Numbered from the stretch's first letter, positions 52,271 through 63,312 are shown. The stretch is 64,000 bases of DNA from Bacteroidales bacterium (GCA_017617715.1 JAFZVQ010000079.1:15484-79483), one strand, 5' to 3'. The notes: generated from the letters alone by a model not told the origin. Program-made: numbers and translations.

Positions 52271-53568
52271 CGGGAGCCGCCTCCATACCCCTTCCCGAGA
52301 GAATGCGTCCGAGGGATCTGTCCGAATACGTAGGGCAGCGCCACCTTGTGGGCCCCGGCTGCATACTCCGCAATATGATAGACAGCGGCAACCTGTCCTC
52401 ATTCATACTGTGGGGGCCTCCGGGCGTGGGTAAAACCACACTGGCAAGCATAATAGCCCACACTCTCGACCGGGAATTCTACACCCTATCGGCCGTGAGT
52501 TCCGGCGTCAAGGACGTGCGGGAAATAATAGACAGGGCGAAGAACAAGTCGCTTTTCTCTTCCGCCTCTGCCCCTATCCTCTTCATAGACGAAATCCACC
52601 GCTTCAACAAAGCCCAGCAGGACGCCCTACTCGGGGCGGTTGAATCGGGCACCGTGGTGCTTGTGGGCGCGACCACCGAGAACCCTTCGTTCGAAGTTAT
52701 CACTCCCCTGCTTTCGCGCTGCCAAGTATTTGTGCTGAAGTCTCTTGACACGTCCGACCTTGACACTTTATTGAGGCGCGCGATTACCTCTGACGCAATC
52801 CTGAAAGAACGTTCCATAGTGGTCGACGAGACCGAAGCCATCTTCCGCCACAGCGGCGGCGACGCCCGCAAGCTCCTGAACATCCTGGAGATTGTGACCG
52901 ACGCCACTCCCCCGGGCCCCGACGGCTCCATCCACATCGACAACAAGTCCGTGACTTCATGCCTGCAGGAGAATATAGCCATCTACGACAAGGGCGGCGA
53001 GATGCACTACGACATAATCTCCGCATTCATCAAGTCGGTCCGGGGCTCCGACCCCAACGCCGCCGTGTACTGGATGGCCCGTATGCTGGCCGGCGGAGAA
53101 GACCCCCTGTTCATCGCAAGGCGTCTTTGCATACTCGCCGCCGAAGACATAGGCCTGGCCAACCCCAACGCCTTACTGCTGGCCGACGCCACATTCCGCA
53201 TCGTCCACTCGATAGGGATGCCGGAAGCCCGAATTCCCCTGAGCGAATGCGCCGTATACCTGGCCTCCTCGCCCAAGAGCAACTCTGCATATCTTGCTGT
53301 GGATTCGGCACTTGCCGCTGTCGAAGAAGACAAGACGGCCCCCGTTCCCCTGTATCTTCGCAACGCACCCACCTCCCTTATGAAGGAGCTCGGATACGCT
53401 GACGGTTATCTTTACGCACACGATTTCCCGGGCCACTTCGCAGACCTGGAATTCATGCCCGACACGCTTAAGGGCCGGGTATTCTACGAACCCCAGGCCA
53501 ACACCCAGGAGGACAGGCTTAAAAGCTACCTCCAGGCATGCTGGCCAAAATACTACACGAAAAAATGA
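52267..53568 (+). CDS. rarA: Replication-associated recombination protein A
   Basis: ERMRP, GPPGVGKT, DEIHRFNK, GATTENP, ISAFIKSVRGSD. Confidence 0.96.
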   Translation: MTGAASIPLPERMRPRDLSEYVGQRHLVGPGCILRNMIDSGNLSSFILWGPPGVGKTTLASIIAHTLDREFYTLSAVSSGVKDVREIIDRAKNKSLFSSASAPILFIDEIHRFNKAQQDALLGAVESGTVVLVGATTENPSFEVITPLLSRCQVFVLKSLDTSDLDTLLRRAITSDAILKERSIVVDETEAIFRHSGGDARKLLNILEIVTDATPPGPDGSIHIDNKSVTSCLQENIAIYDKGGEMHYDIISAFIKSVRGSDPNAAVYWMARMLAGGEDPLFIARRLCILAAEDIGLANPNALLLADATFRIVHSIGMPEARIPLSECAVYLASSPKSNSAYLAVDSALAAVEEDKTAPVPLYLRNAPTSLMKELGYADGYLYAHDFPGHFADLEFMPDTLKGRVFYEPQANTQEDRLKSYLQACWPKYYTKK

Positions 53569-54344
53569 CAATTACCAAGAAAGTCTGCCTGGCGGCAGCG
53601 TTTGCAATTCTTTCCTCCCCAGCCTTCGCCCAGGACAAGCAAACCATGTTCAACGGAGCCACTAACCTCCAGATATTCTACGACTTCGGCAAAGACCGGG
53701 GCATAATGACCACCACGCTCGAAGGCTTTTACAGCGACCCGTGGGGCAACACTTTCTTTTTCGTGGACTACGACCACGCCTTCGGCAGCGCCCACCCGAG
53801 CGGCACCTACACCGAAATTGCCCGCTGCTTCAATTTCTGGCAGGACACGGCCCTTGCGCCCCTTAGCCTTCAGGCAGAATACAACGGCGGCGTGTACAGG
53901 AATTTCGGGGTGAACCACGCGTTCCTTGCCGGCGTGGACTGGTTTGTCCATTCCAAGGATTTCAAGAACCTCTTCAATTTCAAGCTGCTCTACAAGCACA
54001 TAATCTACGACAACCCGGCCGTGAAGAGCAAGATTCCCATGCAGTTCACCGTGGTCTGGGGCATGGACGACCTGTTTGGTGTCAAGGGCCTTCGTTTCAG
54101 CGGCTTTGGCGATATCTGGGCAGAGGAGCACACGCTTCTGACCGCCGCCGACGGCAGCGCCCTGGCGGCACCGGAGAATTCAAGTTTCATTTTCATTTCC
54201 GAGCCGCAGTTGTGGTACAGCGTCGGCCAGCATTTCGGATGCCCCAACCTGAACATAGGCGGCGAAGTGGAGCTATCCTGGAATTTCGGCACTTGCAAGG
54301 GTTTCTGGGCCAGGCCGTGCGCAGGTATCAAATGGATTTTCTGA
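53565..54344 (+). CDS. DUF5020 family outer-membrane protein
   Basis: NLQIFYDFG, D.WGNTFFFVD, EYNGG, SEPQLWY, terminal KWIF. Confidence 0.8.
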   Translation: MTITKKVCLAAAFAILSSPAFAQDKQTMFNGATNLQIFYDFGKDRGIMTTTLEGFYSDPWGNTFFFVDYDHAFGSAHPSGTYTEIARCFNFWQDTALAPLSLQAEYNGGVYRNFGVNHAFLAGVDWFVHSKDFKNLFNFKLLYKHIIYDNPAVKSKIPMQFTVVWGMDDLFGVKGLRFSGFGDIWAEEHTLLTAADGSALAAPENSSFIFISEPQLWYSVGQHFGCPNLNIGGEVELSWNFGTCKGFWARPCAGIKWIF

Positions 54345-54345
54345 C

Positions 54346-54891
54346 ATGGAGATCATAAAGACAGACATTGCCGGGCTGCTTATTATCAAGCCCCGCGTTT
54401 TCGAGGACCCTCGCGGCTATTTTTTTGAGAGTTACTCGCAAAAGGATTTCGAGGACGTCTGCGGGCCTGTGCGTTTCGTGCAGGACAATGAAAGCCGGTC
54501 ATGCTACGGCGTTGTGCGCGGCCTGCATTTCCAAAGGCCGCCCTATACCCAGGCAAAGCTGGTGCGTTGCGTGCGTGGGCGCGTACTCGACGTGGCGGTG
54601 GATATCCGCAAGGGCTCCCCTACTTTCGGCAAGCATGTCGCCGTGGAGCTGAATGAGGACAATCATCTTCAACTGTTTATCCCCAAGGGCTTTGCGCATG
54701 GGTTCTCGGTGCTTAGCGAGACGGCGGTGTTCCAGTATAAATGCGATGAGTTCTATCATCCCGAAGCGGACGCCGGCGTGCAGCTTGACGACCCTGCCCT
54801 CGCCATCGACTGGCAAATCCCCGCCGACCTGAGGATCCTATCCGAAAAAGACAAACGTCGTCTCCCCCTCTCTCCCTCTGACGCCATTTAA
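54346..54891 (+). CDS. rfbC: dTDP-4-dehydrorhamnose 3,5-epimerase
   Basis: D.RGYFFE, FVQDNES, RGLHFQ, GFAHGF, LSEKD. Confidence 0.96.
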   Translation: MEIIKTDIAGLLIIKPRVFEDPRGYFFESYSQKDFEDVCGPVRFVQDNESRSCYGVVRGLHFQRPPYTQAKLVRCVRGRVLDVAVDIRKGSPTFGKHVAVELNEDNHLQLFIPKGFAHGFSVLSETAVFQYKCDEFYHPEADAGVQLDDPALAIDWQIPADLRILSEKDKRRLPLSPSDAI

Positions 54892-55550
54892 TACTCTCTT
54901 TCTCCGAAGATGGAGGTGCCGATGCGGACGATGGTGGCGCCGTAGTCGATGGCGATGCGCCAGTCGGAGGACATGCCGATGGAGAGCTCGCGGAAATCTT
55001 CATACTCCGGGAAGAGATCGCGAAGATAGTCGTAAAAGGCCTTAATACGGGCAAAATCGGCCCTAATGTCTTCCTCCTTGTCAGTGTTGGTGGCCATGCC
55101 CATAAGCCCGCAAAAACGGATGTATTTGAACGAAGACGCCCGGAACAGGATGTCGAGGATTTCCTCTTCGTAGAATCCCTGCTTAGTCTCCTCCGCTGCC
55201 ACGTGCAGCTCAAGAAGCACGTTCACGGTCTTGCCTGCTTTGGCGCCCCAGTCATTGATGGCGGAAAGCAGATGCTCCGAATCCACTGACTCCACAAGGT
55301 CGGCATACGGCAGCACCATCTTGAGCTTGTTGGTCTGCAGATGACCTATGAAATGCCACTCGATGCCGCGCCCCTGCAAAGCCAGCACCTTCTTCTCAAA
55401 CTCCTGGGGCCGGTTCTCCCCGAACACCTTCTGCCCCGCCGCAAGCGCCTCCTCAATGGATTCAAGCGGGTGGAATTTGGAAACTGCCACCAGCTTGACA
55501 TGCGGTGGCAGTTCTTTATGCAAATCAATAATATTCCGGGTAACAGACAT
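54888..55550 (-). CDS. yggS: PLP homeostasis protein
   Basis: VAVSK, FGEN, WHFIGHLQTNK, GMS.D, RIGTSIFG. Confidence 0.95.
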   Translation of the reverse strand: MSVTRNIIDLHKELPPHVKLVAVSKFHPLESIEEALAAGQKVFGENRPQEFEKKVLALQGRGIEWHFIGHLQTNKLKMVLPYADLVESVDSEHLLSAINDWGAKAGKTVNVLLELHVAAEETKQGFYEEEILDILFRASSFKYIRFCGLMGMATNTDKEEDIRADFARIKAFYDYLRDLFPEYEDFRELSIGMSSDWRIAIDYGATIVRIGTSIFGEREY

Positions 55551-55551
55551 A

Positions 55552-57414
55552 TCAGCGACGGTTCTTCTGCTGTTCGCGCCTCTGCTGCTCCTGCATCTTC
55601 TGGGCCATTTCCAGACGCTGCTGCCACTTGCTCTTCGGAAGCGGCTTGCCTTCGCTCGCACGCACCCTGGCAAGAATCTCCTCGGGCTTCACGAAGAACT
55701 TCTTGATCACCCAGGTCTCTATGATGGCGATAAGCTGGGAAAGCAGATAGTAGTAACTCAGTGCGGCCGAAAGGTTGTTACAGATGAAGAACATCATTAT
55801 AGGCATCATCCACATGGTCATGAACTTCATGGATGAGGCCGTGGGGTCGTTGGATGCCGCCTGGTTGGCCGTGGTCATACGTGAGTAGAGCCACATCACG
55901 ACAGCCATAAGCAGGGCGAACAGGGAAAGGTGGTCGCCCAGGATGGGGATACGGGTGCCGTAGTCCAGGATGGAGTCGTAGGCGCTGAGGTCGTCGCACC
56001 ACAGGAATGACTGCTGGCGCAGTTCGATGGATGCCGGGAAGAAACGGAACATCGCCCAGAGTATAGGGAAAGTCAGCAGCGTGGGCAGGCATCCACCCAT
56101 CATGTTCACGTTCGCCCGCTTGTAGAGGTCCATCGTGGCCTGCTGCTTCTTCATAGCATCCTCCTGCTTGGGGTACTTGGCGTTGATCTTCTCGATCTCA
56201 GGCTTCAGGGCCTGCATCTTGGCGGAAGACGAATACGACTTGTACGTGAGAGGCAGCACCACCAGCTTGATCACTATCGTCATCAGGAGTATGATGAGTC
56301 CGAAATTGCTGATAAAGCGGCTGAAGAAATTGAACATGGGGATGATGGCATAGCGGGTGAACCATCCTACCAGCCAGCCGCCCAAAGGTATGATCTTCTC
56401 GTATTTGCGGTTGAAAGACTTCAGTGTGTTGAAGTGATTGGGACCGAAATAGAACTCATACGGGACGCTCACCTGCGGTGCCGGACGGAAATCGGCGCGC
56501 ATCTTGGCGCTGCAATGCATCAGGTCGTGGGACGGGTCGTTCTCCGGCACGAAACTGACGGCGACTTCGCCGTTGGCAAACTCCTTGGGAGCGCACATGA
56601 TGGCGGAGAAAAACTGCTGCTGGAATGCAACCCAGCTGAGCCTGGCTCCGATAGTCTTCGAAGAAGAACGGCCGCGGCCGATTTCGGCGGGCTTCTTCTC
56701 CCCTTCGAAATAGTAGTTCAGCTTGGAATACTGGGATTCGTTCTTGTAGCCCTTTTCCTGACGGGGCACGGTGACGTTAAAATCAATGTCGTAGGCACCC
56801 ACATTGCGGGGAATGACGTCCTGCATGCCCACGAAGGACAGCAGGTTGTCAAGCTTGTAGGAATCCGGGGCCAGGGAATAACGCTGCTCGATGTAGCCGC
56901 CGCCTTCGAACGGAAGGCGGAACACGAGGCTGGTGTCGCTGCTCTCGGCAAGCTGGAAATTGAAATCGGCCGTGCTGATGTACTGACCGGCATAGATGCT
57001 CACGGAGTACTCGGCACCACCGTCCTTGAACAGGTAGAGCGGGCCGCCGCCATAGCTTGTGTACTTCTTCACGAGCACGCTGCTCGGCTGGGCTCCCCTG
57101 GTGGTGAAATCGATCTTCACGAGCTCGTTCTCGAGGCTCACGACGGAAGCTTCTTCCTGGCGGGCGCATTCGAGCAGGGCGTCGGTGTAGATTGCCCCCT
57201 GGGGCTGGGCAACCTGGGCGGGGGCTTCGCCGGGCACCTCAGGCGCTGTCTGGGTGAGGGCCAGGGAATCCTGCGGCATCTGCGCAAGCGCTATGGAGTC
57301 CAGCTGACGCTGGGCCTCAGCACGCTTGCGGGCCTGGTTGGATTCGAAAAAGGTGAAGCCGAAGAGGATGAGAGCAATTAGGATAAAGCCGTAGATAGAA
57401 TTCTTGTCCATCAT
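55552..57414 (-). CDS. yidC: Membrane protein insertase
   Basis: MDKNS..GF, GGCLP, FFPASIELRQ, FLWC.DLS. Confidence 0.95.
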   Translation of the reverse strand: MMDKNSIYGFILIALILFGFTFFESNQARKRAEAQRQLDSIALAQMPQDSLALTQTAPEVPGEAPAQVAQPQGAIYTDALLECARQEEASVVSLENELVKIDFTTRGAQPSSVLVKKYTSYGGGPLYLFKDGGAEYSVSIYAGQYISTADFNFQLAESSDTSLVFRLPFEGGGYIEQRYSLAPDSYKLDNLLSFVGMQDVIPRNVGAYDIDFNVTVPRQEKGYKNESQYSKLNYYFEGEKKPAEIGRGRSSSKTIGARLSWVAFQQQFFSAIMCAPKEFANGEVAVSFVPENDPSHDLMHCSAKMRADFRPAPQVSVPYEFYFGPNHFNTLKSFNRKYEKIIPLGGWLVGWFTRYAIIPMFNFFSRFISNFGLIILLMTIVIKLVVLPLTYKSYSSSAKMQALKPEIEKINAKYPKQEDAMKKQQATMDLYKRANVNMMGGCLPTLLTFPILWAMFRFFPASIELRQQSFLWCDDLSAYDSILDYGTRIPILGDHLSLFALLMAVVMWLYSRMTTANQAASNDPTASSMKFMTMWMMPIMMFFICNNLSAALSYYYLLSQLIAIIETWVIKKFFVKPEEILARVRASEGKPLPKSKWQQRLEMAQKMQEQQRREQQKNRR

Positions 57415-59306
57415 TCAGCCTCCCCTTCTTCTGCCTTGCGGATCTTCGCTTCGAGTTCCTTGAGCTCTGCCTTTGCCTGTTCTATACGCTCCTGCATCTG
57501 CTTGATGAGGGGCTCGGAATTCTTGGAGGCAGAGAAGAAGCCTATATTGTTCTCATAGGTGGTGATATCCTGCTGGAGGGTGCGGTACTTGTCCATGAGG
57601 ATTTCCCTCTCGGAGCGCGGGGCGCGGCCCGGACGGCTGGCCTGGCGCTGGGAAGCGTGAAGCAGGGGGAACTTTTCGCGTATCGCGGCACGGAATGCGT
57701 CATTGACGGCATCCTTCTCCTTGAACGGCACGTGGCCGATTTCCTGCCAGCGGGCGTTGAAATCCCTCAGGGCCTCTGCATTTGCAGTCTCATCCTCGGA
57801 GGGCACGTATGCCTGTATCTCTTCAATAATGCGCTTCTTCGCCTTCAGGTTGCCGTAGAAATCGTTTTCAGGCTTGGCATGCTTGTCCCTCTCGGCGAAG
57901 AACTCGTCGCATGCGGCGCGGAAACGCTTCCATATCTGCTCGCTCTTCTTGCGGGGCACTGCGCCTATTTCCTTCCACTGCTTCTGGAGCTCGATGAACT
58001 GGTCCGTGGCCTTCTTCCATTCGGTGCTGGACTTGAGGGCCTCGGCCTTTTCGATGATGGACATCTTCTTCTCAAGGTTGACGTTCATCGAATCCTTGAA
58101 CTGGTTGTAGTAGTCGCGCTTGCGGCCGAAGAACTTGTCGCATGCGGCGCGGAAACGGTCGTAGATCTTCTGGTTCTCCTTGCGGGTGGCAAAGCCTATC
58201 TTACGCCATTCCGCCTGGATTTCCTCAATCCTGCGGGAGAGTTCGTTCCATTCGCTGGAGGATGTGATTTCCTTTTCTGCGATCTCTTCCACCTGCTCGC
58301 AAAGGGCCTGTTTGGCGGCAAGATTGGCCACCTGCTCTTCCTTCTGGCTCTCGAAATGGGCCTGGTAACGCTTGTTGATCACCGCAGTCGCAGCCTTGAA
58401 GCGGTTCCATATATCTTCACGCTTCTCCTTCGCCACGGGGCCGAATTCCTTCCACTGTTCGTGGAGCTTCTGGAGCTCATGGAAAGCGCTGACCACGTTG
58501 TCGTTTTCGGCAAGTTTTTCGGCTATTTCGCAGAACTTCTCCTTGGCCTCGAGATTCTTCTGGAAGTCGAGGTCGCGGAGGTCGCGGCTAATCTTCACCA
58601 TGTCGTAGAATTTCTCCACGTAGAACTGGTAGGTGTCGTTGATGTCGCGATAGGCGGTCACGGGCACGGGGCCGGCTTCGCGCCAGCGGTTCTGGAGCTC
58701 GCGGAATGCCGGGAAGGAAGCGCTGGCGTCTTCATCGTTTTCCACGAGGGCCTTGAGTTCTTCAATTATCTGTTTCTTGGCAGCGAGGTTCTCTTCCCGC
58801 TTCGCATCCTGCTGGCGGTTGTACTCTGCGCGCTCTTTCTTGTAGTCTGCATAAACGGCCTTGAAGTTTTCCTCCACGGCTTCAAAAGGATTGGACAGGG
58901 AATTCTCCGCCTCGGGATTCTCACTCTTGAGCTTGCCGAGCAACTTGTAGAAAGCAGACTTGATGTTTTCCGCTTCCTTGGAGCGCAGCATGCTGTCCGT
59001 CGCCTCCTTCAGCGAACGGAACATGTCCGACAGCTCCGCAAGGGTCTTGTCGGCCAGGTTTTCGGCTTTAGCGTCAGCTTCTTCTTCCGCTTCCGCTTCT
59101 GACGGCTCCACCGGGGCCTCGGGCTCTTCAACGGGCTCCCCGGCGACTGCGGGCTCCTCTACTGGATCTTCAGCAACTGCAGGCTCCTCAGCGGGTGCTG
59201 CGGGCTCTTCAGCGGCAACGGGTTCTTCCTTGACGATCTGTTCTTCCTTTACTTCTACGTCTGAAACGGCCTTCAAGGCCTCTTCAGGAATGTTTGTTTC
59301 ACTCAT
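57411..59306 (-). CDS. DUF349 domain protein
   Basis: Repeated NL.AK...W..IG.VP...IW.RF..ACD.FF; acidic EEPA-rich N-terminus. Confidence 0.9.
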   Translation of the reverse strand: MSETNIPEEALKAVSDVEVKEEQIVKEEPVAAEEPAAPAEEPAVAEDPVEEPAVAGEPVEEPEAPVEPSEAEAEEEADAKAENLADKTLAELSDMFRSLKEATDSMLRSKEAENIKSAFYKLLGKLKSENPEAENSLSNPFEAVEENFKAVYADYKKERAEYNRQQDAKREENLAAKKQIIEELKALVENDEDASASFPAFRELQNRWREAGPVPVTAYRDINDTYQFYVEKFYDMVKISRDLRDLDFQKNLEAKEKFCEIAEKLAENDNVVSAFHELQKLHEQWKEFGPVAKEKREDIWNRFKAATAVINKRYQAHFESQKEEQVANLAAKQALCEQVEEIAEKEITSSSEWNELSRRIEEIQAEWRKIGFATRKENQKIYDRFRAACDKFFGRKRDYYNQFKDSMNVNLEKKMSIIEKAEALKSSTEWKKATDQFIELQKQWKEIGAVPRKKSEQIWKRFRAACDEFFAERDKHAKPENDFYGNLKAKKRIIEEIQAYVPSEDETANAEALRDFNARWQEIGHVPFKEKDAVNDAFRAAIREKFPLLHASQRQASRPGRAPRSEREILMDKYRTLQQDITTYENNIGFFSASKNSEPLIKQMQERIEQAKAELKELEAKIRKAEEGEAE

Positions 59307-59347
59307 AATCAGAGATATTTAAATGTTTGGGACTACAAATATAATAT

Positions 59348-60100
59348 TTATTTCTTAATCAACTCTATTTCATACAATTTCGGCCAGTTTTTACCGGTCA
59401 GGAAAATGCGTCCGTCCAGCACGGCGATGCCGTTCAGCACGTCGGTGTCGGCCCGGCGGAGCTTGCGGGGAAGCAGCCCGGCGCAGTCCACGACGCCCTC
59501 CACGACTCCGGATGAAGGGTTGATTATCACTATCATGTCGGTCGTATAGACATTTGCCCAGATACGGCCGTCAATCCATTCCAATTCATTCAGATAGCGC
59601 ACCGGACGTCCGTCCATGGTGACCTTGATCGTACGCTGGACCTTGAGGGAGCCGTCCATGAAAAAGAGGCTGGAACTGCCGTCGGAAGCTATCAGTGAAG
59701 TGCCGTCCGTAGTAAGGCCCCAGCCGTCCCTGGGATAGGCCATGGTCTTTTCATACGTGAGCGTGGCGGCGTCGTAGATGAATGCGACGTGGTTGGTCCA
59801 GGTGAGCATGTACATTTTGCCCCCGAAGAACACAGAACCCTCGCCGAAGTATTTACGCTGGAAGTCCAGCTTGCGCTCCACTTTCCCGGTGGCAAGGTCC
59901 ACCTTGCGGAAACTGCTGTAGCCGCACTGGCCCGTGCTTTCATAGAGCTGGCCGCCGTCGAAAAAGAGGCCCTGGGTGTAGGCCCCGCGGTCGTGGGGGT
60001 ACTCAGCAACCACCTTCACCCCGTATTGCCTGGGGGCGGATGAGGAGCACGCAGCCAGGCATAAGGCAAGGACGGCACAAGCGAGAATAATCTTTTTCAT
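59348..60100 (-). CDS. Glutaminyl-peptide cyclotransferase (lipoprotein)
   Basis: PHD..AYTQGL, YESTG, FGEG, GWGLT, LNELE, VLNGIA, TGKNW. Confidence 0.93.
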   Translation of the reverse strand: MKKIILACAVLALCLAACSSSAPRQYGVKVVAEYPHDRGAYTQGLFFDGGQLYESTGQCGYSSFRKVDLATGKVERKLDFQRKYFGEGSVFFGGKMYMLTWTNHVAFIYDAATLTYEKTMAYPRDGWGLTTDGTSLIASDGSSSLFFMDGSLKVQRTIKVTMDGRPVRYLNELEWIDGRIWANVYTTDMIVIINPSSGVVEGVVDCAGLLPRKLRRADTDVLNGIAVLDGRIFLTGKNWPKLYEIELIKK

Positions 60101-60152
60101 TCCTGCAAATTTAACAAATTAATACTAATTTTGCACCTGATAAACTAAGGAA

Positions 60153-60836
60153 ATGAGAATAGACATACTGAGCGTTGTACCCGAATTGCTCGAAAGCCCC
60201 CTGGGCTATTCAATAGTCGGGCGTGCCGTCAAGAAGGGACTCGTGGAGATACATGTCCACAATTTAAGGAAATACGGAATCGGCCCCCGCCGCAATGTCG
60301 ACGACTACAGCTACGGCGGCGATGCCGGCATGGTGATGATGGTCGAGCCCGTCTTCCGCATGATCGAAGAGCTGAAGGCGGAAAGGGACTACGACGAAGT
60401 CATATATATGTCCCCCGACGGCGAGCTGCTCGACCAGCCCATGGCCAACTCCCTGTCCCTCAAACAGAACCTCATTATACTCTGCGGCCACTACAAAGGC
60501 ATAGACCACCGCATCCGCGAACACCTCGTGACCCGAGAAATCTCCGTGGGCGACTATGTGGTCAGCGGGGGCGAGATTCCCGCCGCCCTCCTCACCGACG
60601 CCCTGGTGCGCCTGATTCCCGGAGCCCTGACCGACGAGACCTCCGCATTGTCCGACAGTTTCCAGGACAAGCTGCTCTCCCCTCCCGTCTACACCCGGCC
60701 GGCCGAATTCAACGGATGGAAAGTTCCCGACGTCCTGCTCGGAGGCAACCCCAAACTGATTCGTGCCTGGCAGGATGAACAAGCCCTTGAACGCACTAAA
60801 AGGCTAAGGCCCAAACTTTTAGATGATAGTTTATAA
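60153..60836 (+). CDS. trmD: tRNA (guanine-N1)-methyltransferase
   Basis: [32 protein letters not shown]. Confidence 0.97.
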   Translation: MRIDILSVVPELLESPLGYSIVGRAVKKGLVEIHVHNLRKYGIGPRRNVDDYSYGGDAGMVMMVEPVFRMIEELKAERDYDEVIYMSPDGELLDQPMANSLSLKQNLIILCGHYKGIDHRIREHLVTREISVGDYVVSGGEIPAALLTDALVRLIPGALTDETSALSDSFQDKLLSPPVYTRPAEFNGWKVPDVLLGGNPKLIRAWQDEQALERTKRLRPKLLDDSL

Positions 60837-60921
60837 AATTTTTTAAAAATAAAAATAAAAAATTCAAAAAAATTTATTGATTTTTTCTTGCGGAATAAAA
60901 AAATTGAGGTATATTTGCATT

Positions 60922-61028
60922 CGGAAATCAACAACTATTCTAACCAACAATAATTAACCTTCTAAAGGTATACACTACTAACTAACCGTTAACGCCCGCT
61001 GCGACAGCGGGCGTTAGTCGTTTTATTT
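60922..61028 (+). ncRNA. Candidate ~100-nt small RNA
   Basis: TATATTTG at 60910-60917; ATG-free A/C-rich body; 12-bp hairpin with T-rich tail; asd has its own TATATTTG at 61050-61057. Confidence 0.5.
60990..61028 (+). terminator. Intrinsic terminator hairpin
   Basis: taacgcccgctg-cga-cagcgggcgtta followed by gtcgttttattt. Confidence 0.75.
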
Positions 61029-61077
61029 GCTCAGTCCGATTATTGTCGCTATATTTGGAAAACTAATTGGTTGGAAT

Positions 61078-62076
61078 ATGAGAATAGCAATTGTAGGCGC
61101 CAGCGGCGCAGTGGGACAAGAGTTCCTCAAGGTTCTGGAAGAAAGGAATTTCCCGGCGGACGAGCTTCTGCTCTTCGGATCCGCCCGTAGCGCCGGCCGG
61201 AAATACAGGTTTAAAGGCAAGGACGTGGAAGTCCGCCTCCTTCAGCACAACGACGATTTCAAGGGTGTGGACATAGCGTTCACCTCCGCAGGCGCAGGTA
61301 CATCCCGGGAATTCGCAGACACCATCACCAGGCACGGCGCCGTGATGATAGACAATTCCTCCGCTTTCCGCATGGATGCCGACGTTCCCCTCGTGGTCCC
61401 CGAATGCAACGCCGAAGACGCCCTGGTGCGCCCCAGGGGCATAATTGCCAACCCCAACTGCACCACCATCATGATGGTAGTGGTGCTCCAGCCCATCGAG
61501 CGCCTGTCGCACATCCGCCGCATCCATGTGGCCAGCTACCAGTCAGCCTCCGGGGCCGGAGCCCAGGCCATGGCCGAGCTCGAGCAGCAGTACCGCGAGA
61601 TAGTGGAAGGCAAGCCCGTGACCGTGGACAAATTCGCCTACCAGCTTGCCTACAACGTGATTCCCCAGATTGACGTGTTCACCGACAACGGCTACACCAA
61701 GGAGGAAATGAAGATGTTCAACGAAACCCGCAAGATACTCCACTCCGACGTCAAGTGCAGCGCCATGTGCGTGCGCATTTCCGCCCTGCGTTCCCATTCG
61801 GAAGCGGTCTGGATCGAGACTGAAAAGCCTCTGGACGTGAAGCAGGTGCAGGATGCCCTGGCCGCCGCCCCCGGCGTGACGCTCCTTGACGACCCTGCCA
61901 GCCGCCAGTACCCCATGCCGCTGTTCACCGGCGGCAAGGACGACGTCTATGTGGGCCGCGTACGCAAGGACCTTGCATGCGAAAACGGCATCACACTCTG
62001 GCTCTCCGGAGACCAGATCAAGAAAGGCGCGGCTCTCAACGCAGTGCAGATCGCGGAATACATTATCAAGCATTAA
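61078..62076 (+). CDS. asd: Aspartate-semialdehyde dehydrogenase
   Basis: [43 protein letters not shown]. Confidence 0.97.
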   Translation: MRIAIVGASGAVGQEFLKVLEERNFPADELLLFGSARSAGRKYRFKGKDVEVRLLQHNDDFKGVDIAFTSAGAGTSREFADTITRHGAVMIDNSSAFRMDADVPLVVPECNAEDALVRPRGIIANPNCTTIMMVVVLQPIERLSHIRRIHVASYQSASGAGAQAMAELEQQYREIVEGKPVTVDKFAYQLAYNVIPQIDVFTDNGYTKEEMKMFNETRKILHSDVKCSAMCVRISALRSHSEAVWIETEKPLDVKQVQDALAAAPGVTLLDDPASRQYPMPLFTGGKDDVYVGRVRKDLACENGITLWLSGDQIKKGAALNAVQIAEYIIKH

Positions 62077-62080
62077 GAAA

Positions 62081-63283
62081 ATGTTGAAGGTTTCTGCGCG
62101 CTCGGCAGCCATGCCGGCTTCAGCCATACGAAAGCTTGTCCCCTTCTCAGAAGCCGCCGAGGCTTCAGGAGTAAAAGTGTACCACCTCAATGTAGGCGCT
62201 CCTGACATCAAGTCCCCGGACTGTTCGATAGAAGCGGTGAAAGGCCGCACCCCCTCCCTGCACCACATTTCCTACACCAATTCCGCCGGCCTTCCGGAGC
62301 TTCGCAAGGCAATGTGCGAGAAGTATTACGGCGGGCTTGGCATCGAGGTGAAGCTGCCGGAAATCCTGATGACCGTAGGTGGCAGCGAGGCCTTTGCTAT
62401 TGCTATGCAGATTGCTGCCGGCCCTGGAGAAGAGATATTGGTGGTCGAACCCTTCTACACCAATTACCAGACTTTCGCATTCCTTAACGGAATAACCCTC
62501 AAGGCCGTTCATTCCGATATTGACGACGGATTCCGTGTGCCTGACATCGGGGAATTCGAGAAGCTGCTCTCCCCCGCCACCAGGGCCGTCATGATCAGCA
62601 ATCCCTGCAATCCGTCGGGGAAGCTCTTCACCCGCGGGGAAATGCTTTCCATCGGGGAATTCTGCAAGCGGCACGACCTCTTCCTCATATGCGACGAAGT
62701 CTACCGGGAATTCTGCTACACCGACGAACCCTATTTCAGCGCCATGCAGATTCCGGGCTGCGAGGATAACGTAATCCTCGTGGATTCGGTGTCCAAGCGC
62801 TACAACCTCTGCGGCGCACGAATCGGATGCATAATCTCCCGGAACAAGGACGTCATGGCGTGTGCCATGAAATTCGCCCAGTCGCGCCTCTGCCCCCCGG
62901 TGCTTGGGCAAATCGCATCCATAGGCGCGCTGGACACGCCCCAGTCTTATTTTGATGACGTAAAATCCGAATATATAAGGCGCCGCGACTGCGCCCTCCG
63001 CCGGCTCAACGCCATGCCGGGTGTCTTCTCTCCCGTGCCATACGGAGCGTTCTACACAGTGGCCCGCCTGCCGGTAAAAGACGCAGAAGCCTTTGCCAAA
63101 TGGCTGCTTACTGAATTCCGGCTCGACAACCAGACGGTCATGGTCACCCCCGCCGCCTCGTTCTACAAGACGCCGGGAGAAGGCAAAGACCAGGTGCGTA
63201 TTGCGTACGTGCTGGAAGTTCCCTTGCTCGAAAAAGCGATGGACGTGCTGCAAGAAGCGTTAAGGGTTTACGGAGATTTTTAG
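62081..63283 (+). CDS. PLP-dependent aminotransferase class I/II
   Basis: NPCNPSG, DEVYREF, DSVSKRYNLCGARIG. Confidence 0.93.
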   Translation: MLKVSARSAAMPASAIRKLVPFSEAAEASGVKVYHLNVGAPDIKSPDCSIEAVKGRTPSLHHISYTNSAGLPELRKAMCEKYYGGLGIEVKLPEILMTVGGSEAFAIAMQIAAGPGEEILVVEPFYTNYQTFAFLNGITLKAVHSDIDDGFRVPDIGEFEKLLSPATRAVMISNPCNPSGKLFTRGEMLSIGEFCKRHDLFLICDEVYREFCYTDEPYFSAMQIPGCEDNVILVDSVSKRYNLCGARIGCIISRNKDVMACAMKFAQSRLCPPVLGQIASIGALDTPQSYFDDVKSEYIRRRDCALRRLNAMPGVFSPVPYGAFYTVARLPVKDAEAFAKWLLTEFRLDNQTVMVTPAASFYKTPGEGKDQVRIAYVLEVPLLEKAMDVLQEALRVYGDF

Positions 63284-63312
63284 TAAATTCGCATCCGTTT
63301 TTACTTTAGCCC

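Noticed and set aside
57657-59102. 481-aa antisense ORF (likewise 22533-23870, 8892-10223, 51209-52228, 62165-63253)
   Set aside because: Mirror frames of well-supported genes
59080-59240. EEPA/EPV low-complexity repeats in the DUF349 gene
   Set aside because: Ordinary disordered acidic N-terminus, not a discrete DNA repeat element
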